Source: Raillietiella orientalis
Taxonomy: Eukaryota
NCBI GenBank assembly: GCA_036172245.1
Contig: JAYWIR010000163.1
Span: 1-53,432, forward strand
Direction: 5' to 3'
DNA length: 53,432 bases
Part shown: in pieces, positions 10,436 through 23,300 of the stretch
How positions within the stretch are numbered: position 1 is the stretch's first letter
Layout of the letters: each line of letters opens with the position of its first letter
The notes under the pieces: model-generated
The model's database searches: none
Seen by the model: the letters and a program-made list of their open reading frames with translations, nothing else
Told to the model about the DNA's origin: nothing
Translations under genes and position numbers: made by a program

Positions 10436-13400
10436 GCGGAGATTTGGACGCAAAATACCACATTGGAAATAGAAAAGATAGAGGAATTTCTTTGATGCAT
10501 TTTGAAGAATCTATCTCTATGCTGGAAGTGGAAGTAGATTACTTCCAACCATTTTGATGTCTCAGGATTGCTTCCGAATTCATCGGGAACCGGCCATGGT
10601 CGATTTGGTGCAAGTGCGGAGATTTGGACGGAAAACACCACATTGGAAATAGAAAAGATAGAGGAATTTCTTTGTTGCATTTTGAAGATTCTATTTCTAT
10701 GCTGGAAGTGGAAGTAGACAGCTTCCAACCATCTTGAGGTCTCAGGATTTCGACCGAATTCTTCGGGAACCGGTCATGGTCGTTTTGGTGCATTGCGGAG
10801 ATTTGGACGGAAAACATCACATTGGAAATAGAAAAGATAGAGGAATTTCTTTGATGCATTTTGAAGATTCTATTTCTATGCTGGAAGTGGAAGTAGACAG
10901 CTTCCAACCATTTTCATGTTTCAGGCTTGCGACCGAATTCATCCGGAACCGGCCATGGTCGTGTTGGTGCAAGTGCGAAGATTTGGACGGAAAACACCAC
11001 ATTGGAAATAGAAAAGATAGAGGAATTCATTTGATGCATTTTGAAGATTCTATTTCTATGCTGGAAGTGGAAGTAGATTGATTCCAACCATTTCGATGTC
11101 TCATTATTGCGACCGAATTCATCGGGAAGCGGCTATGGTCGTTTACATGCAAGTGCGGAGATTTGGACGGAAAACACCACATTGGAAATAGAAAACATAG
11201 AGGAATTTTTGTGATGCATTTTGAAGTTTCTATTTCTGCGCTGGAAGACGAAGTGGATTGATTTCAACCATTTTGATGTCTCAGGATTGCGACCAAATTC
11301 ATCGGGAACCGGCCATGGTCGTTTTGGTGCAAGTGCGAAGATATGGACGGAACACACCACATTGGAAATAGAAAAGATAGAGGAATTCATTTGATGCATT
11401 TTTAAGATTCTATTTCTGTGCTGGAAGACGAAGTGGATTGATTCCAACCATTTTGATGTCTCAGGATTGCGACCGAATTCATCGGGAACCGACCATGGTC
11501 GTTTTGGTGCTAGTGCGGTGATTTCGACGGAAAACACCACATTGGATATAGAGAAGATAGAGGAATTTTTGTGATGCATTTTGAAGATTCTATTTCTATG
11601 CTGGAAGACGAAGTAGATTGCTTCCAACCATTTTGATATCTCAGGATTGCTTCCGAATTCATCGGGATTCGGCCATGGTCGTTTTGGTGCAAGTGCGGAG
11701 ATGTGGACGGAAAACACCACATTGGAAATAGAAAAGATAGAGGAATTTCTTTGATGCATTTTGAAGATCCTATTTCTATGCTGGATGTGGAAGTAGACAG
11801 CTTCCAACCATTTTGAGGTCTCAGGATTTCGACCGAATTCTTCGGGAACCGGCCATGGACGTTTTGGTGCAAGTGCGGAGATTTGGACAGAAAACACCAC
11901 ATTGGAAATAGAAAAGATAGAGGAATTTCTTTGATGCATTTTGAAAATTCTATTTCTATGCTGGAAGGGAAAGTAGACAGCTTCCAACCATTTTCATGTC
12001 TCAGGATTGCGACCGAATTCATCCGGAAACGGCCATGGTCGTGTTGGTGCAAGTGCGAAGATTTGGACGGAAAACACCACATTGGAAATAGAAAACATAG
12101 AGGAATTTCTGTGATGCATTTTGATGATTCGTTTTTTGTGCTGGAAGACGAAGTAGATTGATTCCAACCATTTTGATGTCTCAGGATAGCGACCGAATTC
12201 ATCGGCAACCGACCATGGTCGTTTTGGTGCTAGTGCGTAGATTTGGAAGGAAAACACCACATTAGAAATAGAAAAGATAGAGGAATTTCTTGGGTGCACT
12301 TTGAAGATTCTATTTCTATGCTGGAAGTGGAAGTAGATTGCTTCCAACCATTTTGAGGTCTCAGGATTGCGACCGAAATCATCGGGAAGCGGCCATGGTC
12401 GTTTACATGCAAGTGCGGAGATTTGGACGGAAAACAACACATTGGAATTAGAAAACATAGAGAAATTTGTTTGATGCACTTTGAAGATTCTATCTCTATG
12501 CTGGGAGTGGAAGTAGATGGCTTCCAACCATTTTGAGGTCTCAGGATTGCGAGCGAATTCATCGGGAAGCGGCCATGGTCGTTTTGGTGCAAGTGCGAAG
12601 ATTTGGACGGAAAACACCACATTGGAAATAGAAAACATAGAGGAATTTCTGTGATGCATTTTGAAGATTCTATTTCTATGCTGGAAGACGAAGTAGATTG
12701 ATTCCAACCATTTCGATGTCTCAGGATTGCGACCGAATTCATCGGGAACCGGCCATGGTCGTTTTGGTGCAAGTGCGAAGATTTGGACGGAAAACACCAC
12801 AATGGAAATAGAAAACATAGAGGAATTTTTGTGATGCATTTTGAAGATTCTATTTCTGTGCTGGAAGTCGAAGTGGATTGATTCCAACCATTTTGATGTC
12901 TAAGGATTGCGACCGAAATAATCGGGAACCGGCCATGGTCGTTTAGGTACAAGTGCGGAGATTTGGGAGGAAACCACCACATTGGAAATAGAAAAGATAG
13001 AGGAATGCATTTGGTGCATTTTGGGGATTCTATTTCTATGCTGGAAGAGGAAGTAGATTGATTCCAACCATTTTGATGTCTTAGGATTGCGACCGAATTC
13101 ATCGGGAAGCGGCCATGGTCGTTTACATGCAAGTGCGGAGATTTGGAAGGAAAACACCACATTGGAAATAAAAAAGATAGAGGAATTTGTTTGATGCACT
13201 TTGAAGATTCTATTTCTATGCTGGAAGTGGAAGTAGACAGCTTTCAACCATTTTGAGGTCTCAGGATTTCGACCGAATTCTTCGGGAACCGGCCATGGTC
13301 GTTTTGGTGCAAGTGCGGAGATTTGGACGGAAAACATCACATTGGAAATAGAAAAGATAGAGGAATTTCTTCGATGCATTTTGAAGATTCTTTTTCTATG

Positions 13401-14034
13401 CTGGAAGTGGAAGTAGACAGCTTCCAACCATTTTCATGTATCAGGCTTGCGCCCGAATTCATCCGGAACCGGCCATGGTCGTGTTGGTGCAAGTGCGGAG
13501 ATTTGGAAAGAAAACACCACATTAGAAATAGAAAAGATAGAGGAATTTTTCGGATGCACTTTGAAGATTCTATTTCTATGCTGGAAGTGGAAGTAGATTG
13601 CTTCCAACCATTTTGAGGTCTCAGGATTGCGACCGAATTAATCGGGAAGCGGCCATGCTCGTTTACATGCAAGTGTGGAGATTTGGACGGAAAACACCAC
13701 ATTGGAAATAGAAAACATAGAGGAATTTCTGTGATGCATTTTGAAGATTCTATTTCCATGCTGGGAGTGGAAGTAGATGGCTTCCAACCATTTTGAGGTC
13801 TCAGGATTGCGACCGAGTTCATCCGGAACCGGCGATGGTCGTTTTGGTGCAAGTGCGAAGATTTGGACGGAAAACACCACATTGGAAATAGAAAACATAG
13901 AGGAATTTTTGTGATGCATTTTGATGATTCTTTTTTTGTGCTGGAAGACGAAGTAGATTGATTCCAACCATTTTGATGTCTCAGGATTGCGACCGAATTC
14001 ATCGGGAACCGACCATGGTCGTTTTGGTGCTAGT

Positions 14035-17000
14035 GCGGAGATTTGGAAGGAAAACACCACATTGGAAATAAAAAAGATAGAGGAATTTATTTGATGCATT
14101 TTAGAGATTCTATCTCGATGCAGGAAGTTGGAGTAGATTGATTCCAGCTATTTTGATATCTCAGCATTGCGACCGAATTCATCGGGAACCGGCCATGTTC
14201 GTTTAGGTGCCGGGGCGGAGATTTGGACGGAAAACACCACATTGGAAATAGAAAAGATAGAGGAATTCTTTTGATGCACTTTGAAGATTCTATCTCTATG
14301 CTGGAAGTGGAAGTAGATTGCTTCCAACCATTTTGAGGTCTCAGGATTGCGACCGAATTCATCGGGATGCGGTAATGGTCGTTTACGTGCAAGTGCGGAG
14401 ATTTGGACGGAAAACACCACATTGGAAATAGAAAAGATAGAGGAATTTTTTTGATGCATTTTGAAGATTCTATATCTATGGTGGAAGAGGAAGTAGATTG
14501 ATTCCAACCATTTTTATGTCTCAGGATTGCGACCTAATTCATCGGGAAGCGACCGTTGTCGTTTAGATGCAAGTGCGTAGATTTGGACGGAAAACACCCC
14601 ATTGGAAATTGAAAAGATAGAGGAATTTCTGTGATGCATTTTGAAGATTCAATTTCTATGCTGGAAGTGGAAGTAGATTGATTCCAACCATTTCGATGTC
14701 TCATTATTGCGACCGAATTCATCGGGAAACGGCTATGGTCGTTTACATGCAAGTGCGGAGATTTGGACGGAAAACACCACATTGGAAATAGAAAAAATTG
14801 AGGAATTACTTTGATGCATTTTGAAGATTCTATTTCTATGCTGGAAGACGAAGTAGATTGATTCCAACCATTTCGATGTCTCAGGATTGCGACCGAATTC
14901 ATCGGGAACCGGCCATGGTTGTTTTGGTACAAGTGCGAAGATTTGGAAGGAAAACCCCACATTGGAAATAGAAAAGATAGAGGAATTTTTTATATGCATT
15001 TTAGAGATTCTATCTCGATGCAGCAAGTGGGAGTAGATTGATCCCAGCTATTTTGATCTCTCAGGATTGCGACCGAAATCATCTGGAACCGGCCATGGTC
15101 GTTTAGGTGCAAGTGCGGAGATTTGGACGGAAAAAACCACATTGGAAATAGAAAAGATAGAGGAATTTTTGTGATTCATTTTGAAGATTCTTTTTTTGTG
15201 CTGGAAGAAGAAGTAGATTTATTCCAACCATTTTGATGTCTCAGGATTGCGACCGAATTCATCGGGAACCGACCATGGTCGTTTTGTTGCTAGTGCGGAG
15301 ATTTGGAAGGAAAACACCACATTAGAAATAGAAAACATTAAGGAATTTTTGTGATGCATTTTGATGATTCTTTTTTCGTGCTGGAAGACGAAGTAGATTG
15401 ATTCCAACCATTTTGATGTCTCAGGATTGCGACCGAATTCATCGGGAACCGACCATGGTCGTTTTGGTGCTAGTGCGGAGATTTGGAAGGAAAACACCAC
15501 ATAAGAAATAGAAAAGATAGAGGAATTTTTCGGATGCACTTTGAAGATTCTATTTCTATGCTGGAAGTGGAAGTAGATTGCTTCCAACCATTTTGAGGTC
15601 TCAGGATTGCGACCGAATTCATCGGGAAGCGGCCATGGTCGTTTACATGCAAGTTTGGAGATTTGGACGGAAAACACCACATTGGAAATAAAAAAGATAG
15701 AGGAATTTATTTGATGCATTTTAAAGATTCTATCTCGATGCTGGAAGTGGAAGTAGATTGATTCCATCCATTTTGATGTCTCAGGATTGCGACCGAATTC
15801 ATCGGGAAGCGGCCAGGTCGTTTACGTGCAAGTGCGGAGATTTGGACGGAAAACACCACATTAAAAATAGAAAAGATAGAGGAATTTTTTAGATGAATTT
15901 TAGAGATTCTATCTCGATGCAGGAAGTGGGAGTAGATTGTTTCCAGCTATTTTGATATCTCAGGATTGCGACCGAATTAATCGGGAACCGGCCATGGTCG
16001 ATTTGGTGCAAGTGCGAAGATTTGGACGGAAAACACAACATTGGAAATAGAAAAGATAGAGGAATTTTTTTGATGCACTTTGAAGATTCTATCTCTATCC
16101 TGGAAGTAGAAGTAGATTGCTTCCAACCATTTTGATGTCTCAGGATTGCGACCGAATTCATCGGGAAGCGGCCATGGTCGTTTACATGCATGTGCGGAGA
16201 TTTGGACGGAACACACCACATTGAAAATAGAGAAGATAGAGGTATTCATTTGATGCATTTTGAAGATTCTATTTCTATGCTGGAAGAGGAAATTGATTGA
16301 TTCCAACGATTTTGATGTCTCAGGATTGCGACCGAATTCATCGGGAAGCGGCCATGGTCGTTTACATGCAAGTTTGGAGATTTGGACGGAAAACACCACA
16401 TTGGAAATAAAAAAGATAGAGGAATTTATTTGATGCACTTTGAAGATTTTATCTGTATGCTGGAAGTGGAAGTACATTGATTTCAACCATTTTCATGTCT
16501 CAGGATTGCGACCGAGTTCATCCGGAACCGGCCATGGTCGTGTTGGTGCAAGTGCGAAGATTTGGACGGAAAACACCACATTGGAAACAGAAAACATAGA
16601 GGAATTCATTTGATGCATTTTGAAGATTCTATTCCGGTGCTGGAAGACGAAGTGGATTGATTCCAACCATTTTGATGTCTCAGGATTGCGACCGAATTCA
16701 TCGGGAACCGACCATGGTCGTTTTGGTGCAAGTGCGGAGATTTGGACGGAAAACACCACATTGGAAATAAAAAAGATAGAGGAATTTATTTGATGCACTT
16801 TGAAGATTTTATCTGTATGCAGGAAGTGGAATTACATTGATTTCAACCGTTTTCATGTCTGAGGATTGCGACCGAGTTCATCCGGAACCGGCCATGGTCG
16901 TGTTGGTGCAAGTGCGAAGATTTGGACGGAAAACACTACATTGGAAACAGAAAACATAGAGGAATTTTTTGGATGCACTTTGAAGATTCTATTTTTCTGC

Positions 17001-17420
17001 TGGAAGTGGAAGTAGATTGCTTCCAACTATTTTGAGGTCTCAGGATTGCGACCGAATTCATCGGGAACCGACCATGGTCGTTTTGGTGCCAGTGCGGAGA
17101 TTTGGACGGAAAACACCACATTGGAAATAAAAAAGATAGAGGAATTTATTTGATGCACTTTGAAGATTTTATCTGTATGCAGGAAGTGGAAGTACATTGA
17201 TTTCAACCATTTTCATATCTGAGGATTGCGACCGAGTTCATCCGGAACCGGCCATGGTCGTGTTGGTGCAAGTGCGAAGATTTGGACGGAAAACACCACA
17301 TTGGAAATAGAAAACATAGAGGAATTTTTGTGATGCATTTTGAAGATTCTTTTTTTGTGCTGGAAGACGAAGTAGATTGATTCCAACCATTTTGATGTCT
17401 CAGGATTGCGACCGAATTCA
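14035..17420 (+). repeat. ~19-monomer block paralogous to 21,415-~24,100 (offset 7,380) and 25,014-~28,400 (offset 10,979)
   Basis: Ordered rare markers match: CAGCATTGC/GCCGGGGCG, GGATGCGGTAATGG, GACCTAATT/GACCGTTG, TCATTATTGC/GGAAACGGCT, AAAATTGAGGAATTACT, GGCCAGG, GATGAATT, CAACGAT, TACATTG. ORF pairs 14087/21467/25066 and 16936/27915 give the same offsets. Confidence 0.92.
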
Positions 17421-19434
17421 TCCGGAACCGGCCATGGTCGTTTTGGTGCAAGTGCGAAGATTTGGACGGAAAACACCACATTGGAAATAGAAAACATAGA
17501 GGAATTTTTGTGATGCATTTTGAAGATTCTATTTCGATGCAGGAAGTGGAAGTAGATTGATTGCATCCATTTTGATGTCTCAGGATTGCGACCGAATTAA
17601 TCGGGAACCGGCCATGGTCGTTTTGGTGCAAGTGCGAAGATTTGGACGGAAAACACCACATTGGAAATAGAAAACATAGATTAAATTTTGTGATGCATTT
17701 TGAAGATTCTATCTCGATGCAGGAAGTGGAAGTAGATTGATTGCATCCATTTTGATGTCTCAGGATTGCGACCGAATTCATCGGGAACCGACCATGGTCG
17801 TTTTGGTGCAAGTTTGGAGATTTGGACGGAAAACACCACATTAGAAATCAAAAAGATAGAGGAATTTATTTGATGCATTTTAGAGATTCTATCTCGATGC
17901 AGGTAGTGGAAGTAGATTGATTCCATCCATTTTGATGTCTCAGGATTGCGACCGAATTCATCGGGAACCGGCCATGGTCGTGTTGGTGCAAGTGCGAAGA
18001 TTTGGACGGAACACACCACATTGGAAATAGAAAAGATAGAGGAATTCATTTGGTGCATTTTGAAGATTCTAATTCTGTGCTGGAAGACGAAGTGGATTGA
18101 TTCCAACCATTTTGATGTCTCAGGATTGCGACCGAATGCATCGGGAAGCGGCCATGGTCGTTTACATGCAAGTGCGGAGATTTGGACGGAAAACACCATA
18201 TTGGAAATAAAAAAGATAGAGGAATTTGTTTGATGCACTTTGAAGATTCTATTTCTATGCTGGAAGAGGAAATAGATTGATTCCAACCATTTTGATGTCT
18301 CAGGATTGCGACCGAGTTCATCCGGTACCGGCCATGGTCGTGTTGGTGCAAGTGCGAAGATTTGGACGGAAAACACCACATTGGAAATAGAAAACATAGA
18401 GGAATTTTTGTGATGCATTTTGAAGATTCTTTTTTTGTGCTGGAAGACGAAGTAGATTGATTCCAACCATTTTGATGTCTCAGGATTGCCACCGAATTCA
18501 TCGGGATCCGACCATGGTCGTTTTGGTGCTAGTGCGGAGATTTGGAAAGAAAACACCACATTAGAAATAGAAAAGATAGAGGAAGTTTTTCGGATGCACT
18601 TTGAAGATTTTATTTCTATGCTGGAAGTGGAAGTAGATTGCTTCCAACCATTTTGAGGTCTCAGGATTGCGACCGAATTAATCGGGAAGCGGCCATGCTC
18701 GTTTACATGCAAGTGTGGAGATTTGGACGGAAAACACCACATTGGAAATAGAAAACATAGAGGAATTTCTGTGATGCATTTTGAAGATTCTATTTCTATG
18801 CTGGAAGAGGAAGTAGATTGATTCCAACCATTTTGATGTCTCAGGATTGCGACCGAATTCATCGGGAACCGGCCATGGTCGTTTTGGTGCAAGTGCGGAG
18901 ATTTGGACGGAAAACACCACACTGGAAATAGAAAACATAGAGGAATTTCTGTGATGCATTTTGAAGATTCAATTTCTATGCTGGAAGACGAAGTAGATTG
19001 ATTCCAACCATTTTGATGTCTCAGGATTGCGACCGAGTTCATCGGGAACCGACCATGGTCGTTTTGGTGCTAGTGTGGAGATTTGGAAGGAAAACACCAC
19101 ATTGGAAATAGAGAAGATAGAGGAATTTTTAGTAAGCACTTTGAAGATTCTATTTCTATGCTGGAAGAGGAAGTAGATTGATTCCAACCATTTTGATGTC
19201 TCAGGATTCCGACCGAATTCATCGGGAAGCGGCCATGGTCGTTTACGTGCAAGTGCGGAGATTTGGACGGAAAACACCACATTGGAAATAGAAAAGATAG
19301 AGGAATTTTTTTGATGCATTTTAAAGATTCTATTTCGATGCAGGAAGTGGAAGTAGATTGATTCCAACCATTTTGATGTCTCAGGATTGCGACCGAATTC
19401 ATCGGGAACCGGCCATGGTCGTTTAGGTGCAAGT

Positions 19435-20340
19435 GCGGAGATTTGGACGGAAAACACCACATTGGAAATAGAAAAGATAGAGGAATTTTTTTGATGCACT
19501 TTGAAGATTCTATCTCTATGCTGGAAGTGGAAGTAGATTGCTTCCAACCATTTTGAGGTCTCAGGATTGCGACCGAATTCATCGGGATGCGGTAATGGTC
19601 GTTTACGTGCAAGTGCGGAGATTTGGACGGAAAACACCACATTGGAAATAGAAAAGATAGAGGAATTTTTTTGATGCATTTTGAAGATTCTATATCTATG
19701 GTGGAAGAGGAAGTAGATTGATTCCAACCATTTTTATGTCTCAGGATTGCGACCTAATTCATCGGGAAGCGACCGTTGTCGTTTAGATGCAAGTGCGTAG
19801 ATTTGGACGGAAAACACCCCATTGGAAATTGAAAAGATAGAGGAATTTCTGTGATGCATTTTGAAGATTCAATTTCTATGCTGGAAGTGGAAGTAGATTG
19901 ATTCCAACCATTTCGATGTCTCATTATTGCGACCGAATTCATCGGGAAACGGCTATGGTCGTTTACATGCAAGTGCGGAGATTTGGACGGAAAACACCAC
20001 ATTGGAAATAGAAAAAATTGAGGAATTACTTTGATGCATTTTGAAGATTCTATTTCTATGCTGGAAGACGAAGTAGATTGATTCCAACCATTTCGATGTC
20101 TCAGGATTGCGACCGAATTCATCGGGAACCGGCCATGGTTGTTTTGGTACAAGTGCGAAGATTTGGAAGGAAAACCCCACATTGGAAATAGAAAAGATAG
20201 AGGAATTTTTTATATGCATTTTAGAGATTCTATCTCGATGCAGCAAGTGGGAGTAGATTGATCCCAGCTATTTTGATCTCTCAGGATTGCGACCGAAATC
20301 ATCTGGAACCGGCCATGGTCGTTTAGGTGCAAGTGCGGAG
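19435..20340 (+). repeat. 5-monomer copy of 14,215-15,120 (offset 5,220 bp)
   Basis: ORFs 14534/19754 and 14733/19953 translate identically, and the marker order is the same. Confidence 0.9.
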
Positions 20341-23300
20341 ATTTGGACGGAAAAAACCACATTGGAAACAGAAAACATAGAGGAATTCATTTGATGCATT
20401 TTGAAGATTCTATTTCTGTGCTGGAAGACGAAGTGGATTGATTCCAACCATTTTGATGTCTCAGGATTGCGACCGAATTCATCGGGAACCGACCATGGTC
20501 GTTTTGTTGCTAGTGCGGAGATTTGGAAGGAAAACACCACATTAGAAATAGAAAACATTAAGGAATTTTTGTGATGCATTTTGATGATTCTTTTTTCGTG
20601 CTGGAATACGAAGTAGATTGATTCCAACCATTTTGATGTCTCAGGATTGCGACCGAATACATCGGGAACCGACCATGGTCGTTTTGGTGCTAGTGCGGAG
20701 ATTTGGAAGGAAAACACCACATAAGAAATAGAAAAGATAGAGGAATTTTTCGGATGCACTGTGAAGATTCTATTTCTATGCTGGAAGTGTAAGTAGATTG
20801 CTTCCAACCATTTTGAGGTCTCAGGATTGCGACCGAATTCATCGGGAAGCGGCCATGCTCGTTTACATGCAAGTGTGGAGATTTGGACGGAAAACACCAC
20901 ATTGGAAATAGAAAACATAGAGGAATTTCTGTGATGCATTTTGAAGATTCTATTTCCATGCTATGAGTGGAAGTAGATGGCTTCCAACCATTTTGAGGTC
21001 TCAGGATTGCGACCGAGTTCATCCGGAACCGGCGATGGTCGTTTTGGTGCAAGTGCGAAGATTTGGACGGAAAACACCACATTGGAAATAGAAAACATAG
21101 AGGAATTTTTGTGATGCATTTTGATGATTCTTTTTTTGTGCTGGAAGACGAAGTAGATTGATTCCAACCATTTTGATGTCTCAGGATTGCGACCGAATTC
21201 ATCGGGAACCGACCATGGTCGTTTTGGTGCTAGTGCGGAGATTTGGAAGGAAAACACCACATTGGAAATAGAAAAGATAGAGGAATTTTTTTGATGCACT
21301 TTGAAGATTCTATCTCCATGCTGGAAGTGGAAGTAGATTGCTTCCAACCATTTTGAGGTCTCAGGATTGCGACCGAATTCATCGGGAAGCGGCTATGGTC
21401 GTTTACATGCAAGTTTCGAGATTTGGACGGAAAACACCACATTGGAAATAAAAAAGATAGAGGAATTTATTTGATGCATTTTAGAGATTCTATCTCGATG
21501 CAGGAAGTTGGAGTAGATTGATTCCAGCTATTTTGATATCTCAGCATTGCGACCGAATTCATCGGGAACCGGCCATGTTCGTTTAGGTGCCGGGGCGGAG
21601 ATTTGGACGGAAAACACCACATTGGAAATAGAAAAGATAGAGGAATTTTTTTGATGCACTTTGAAGATTCTATCTCTATGCTGGAAGTGGAAGTAGATTG
21701 CTTCCAACCATTTTGAGGACTCAGGATTGCGACCGAATTCATCGGGATGCGGTAATGGTCGTTTACGTGCAAGTGCGGAGATTTGGACGGAAAACACCAC
21801 ATTGGAAATAGAAAAGATAGAGGAATTTTTTTGATGCATTTTGAAGATTCTATATCTATGGTGGAAGAGGAAGTAGATTGATTCCAACCATTTTTATGTC
21901 TCAGGATTGCGACCTAATTCATCGGGAAGCGACCGTTGTCGTTTAGATGCAAGTGCGTAGATTTGGACGGAAAACACCCCATTGGAAATTGAAAAGATAG
22001 AGGAATTTCTGTGATGCATTTTGAAGATTTAATTTCTATGCTGGAAGTGGAAGTAGATTGATTCCAACCATTTCGATGTCTCATTATTGCGACCGAATTC
22101 ATCGGGAAACGGCTATGGTCGTTTACATGCAAGTGCGGAGATTTGGACGGAAAACACCACATTGGAAATAGAAAAAATTGAGGAATTACTTTGATGCATG
22201 TTGAAGATTCTATTTCTATGCTGCAAGACGAAGTAGATTGATTCCAACCATTTCGATGTCTCAGGATTGCGACCGAATTAGTCGGGAACCGGCCATGGTT
22301 GTTTTGGTACAAGTGCGAAGATTTGGAAGGAAAACCCCACATTGGAAATAGAAAAGATAGAGGAATTTTTTATATGCATTTTAGAGATTCTATCTCGATG
22401 CAGCAAGTGGGAGTAGATTGATCCCAGCTATTTTGATCTCTCAGGATTGCGACCGAAATCATCTGGAACCGGCCATGGTCGTTTAGGTGCAAGTGCGGAG
22501 ATTTGGACGGAAAAAACCACATTGGAAATAGAAAAGATAGAGGAATTTTTGTGATTCATTTTGAAGATTCTTTTTTTGTGCTGGAAGAAGAAGTAGATTT
22601 ATTCCAACCATTTTGATGTCTCAGGATTGCGACCGAATTCATCGGGAACCGACCATGGTCGTTTTGTTGCTAGTGCGGAGATTTGGAAGGAAAACACCAC
22701 ATTAGAAATAGAAAACATTAAGGAATTTTTGTGATGCATTTTGATGATTCTTTTTTCGTGCTGGAAGACGAAGTAGATTGATTCCAACCATTTTGATGTC
22801 TCAGGATTGCGACCGAATTCATCGGGAACCGACCATGGTCGTTTTGGTGCTAGTGCGGAGATTTGGAAGGAAAACACCACATAAGAAATAGAAAAGATAG
22901 AGGAATTTTTCGGATGCACTTTGAAGATTCTATTTCTATGCTGGAAGTGGAAGTAGATTGCTTCCAACCATTTTGAGGTCTCAGGATTGCGACCGAATTC
23001 ATCGGGAAGCGGCCATGGTCGTTTACATGCAAGTTTGGAGATTTGGACGGAAAACACCACATTGGAAATAAAAAAGATAGAGGAATTTATTTGATGCATT
23101 TTAAAGATTCTATCTCGATGCTGGAAGTGGAAGTAGATTGATTCCATCCATTTTGATGTCTCAGGATTGCGACCGAATTCATCGGGAAGCGGCCAGGTCG
23201 TTTACGTGCAAGTGCGGAGATTTGGACGGAAAACACCACATTAAAAATAGAAAAGATAGAGGAATTTTTTAGATGAATTTTAGAGATTCTATCTCGATGC

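Larger units (their letters stand above)
1..13500 (+). repeat. Left satellite sub-domain (monomer subfamily marked by AGACAGCTTC / GATTTCGACCGAATTCTTCG / AAAATACC), most homogeneous at 1-10.9 kb, transitional at 11-13.5 kb
   Basis: The AGACAGCT variant is frequent from 281 to ~13,420 and then absent except once at ~36,990. Many monomers here are nearly identical (e.g. 181, 1621, 3421, 8996, 9536). Confidence 0.85.
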
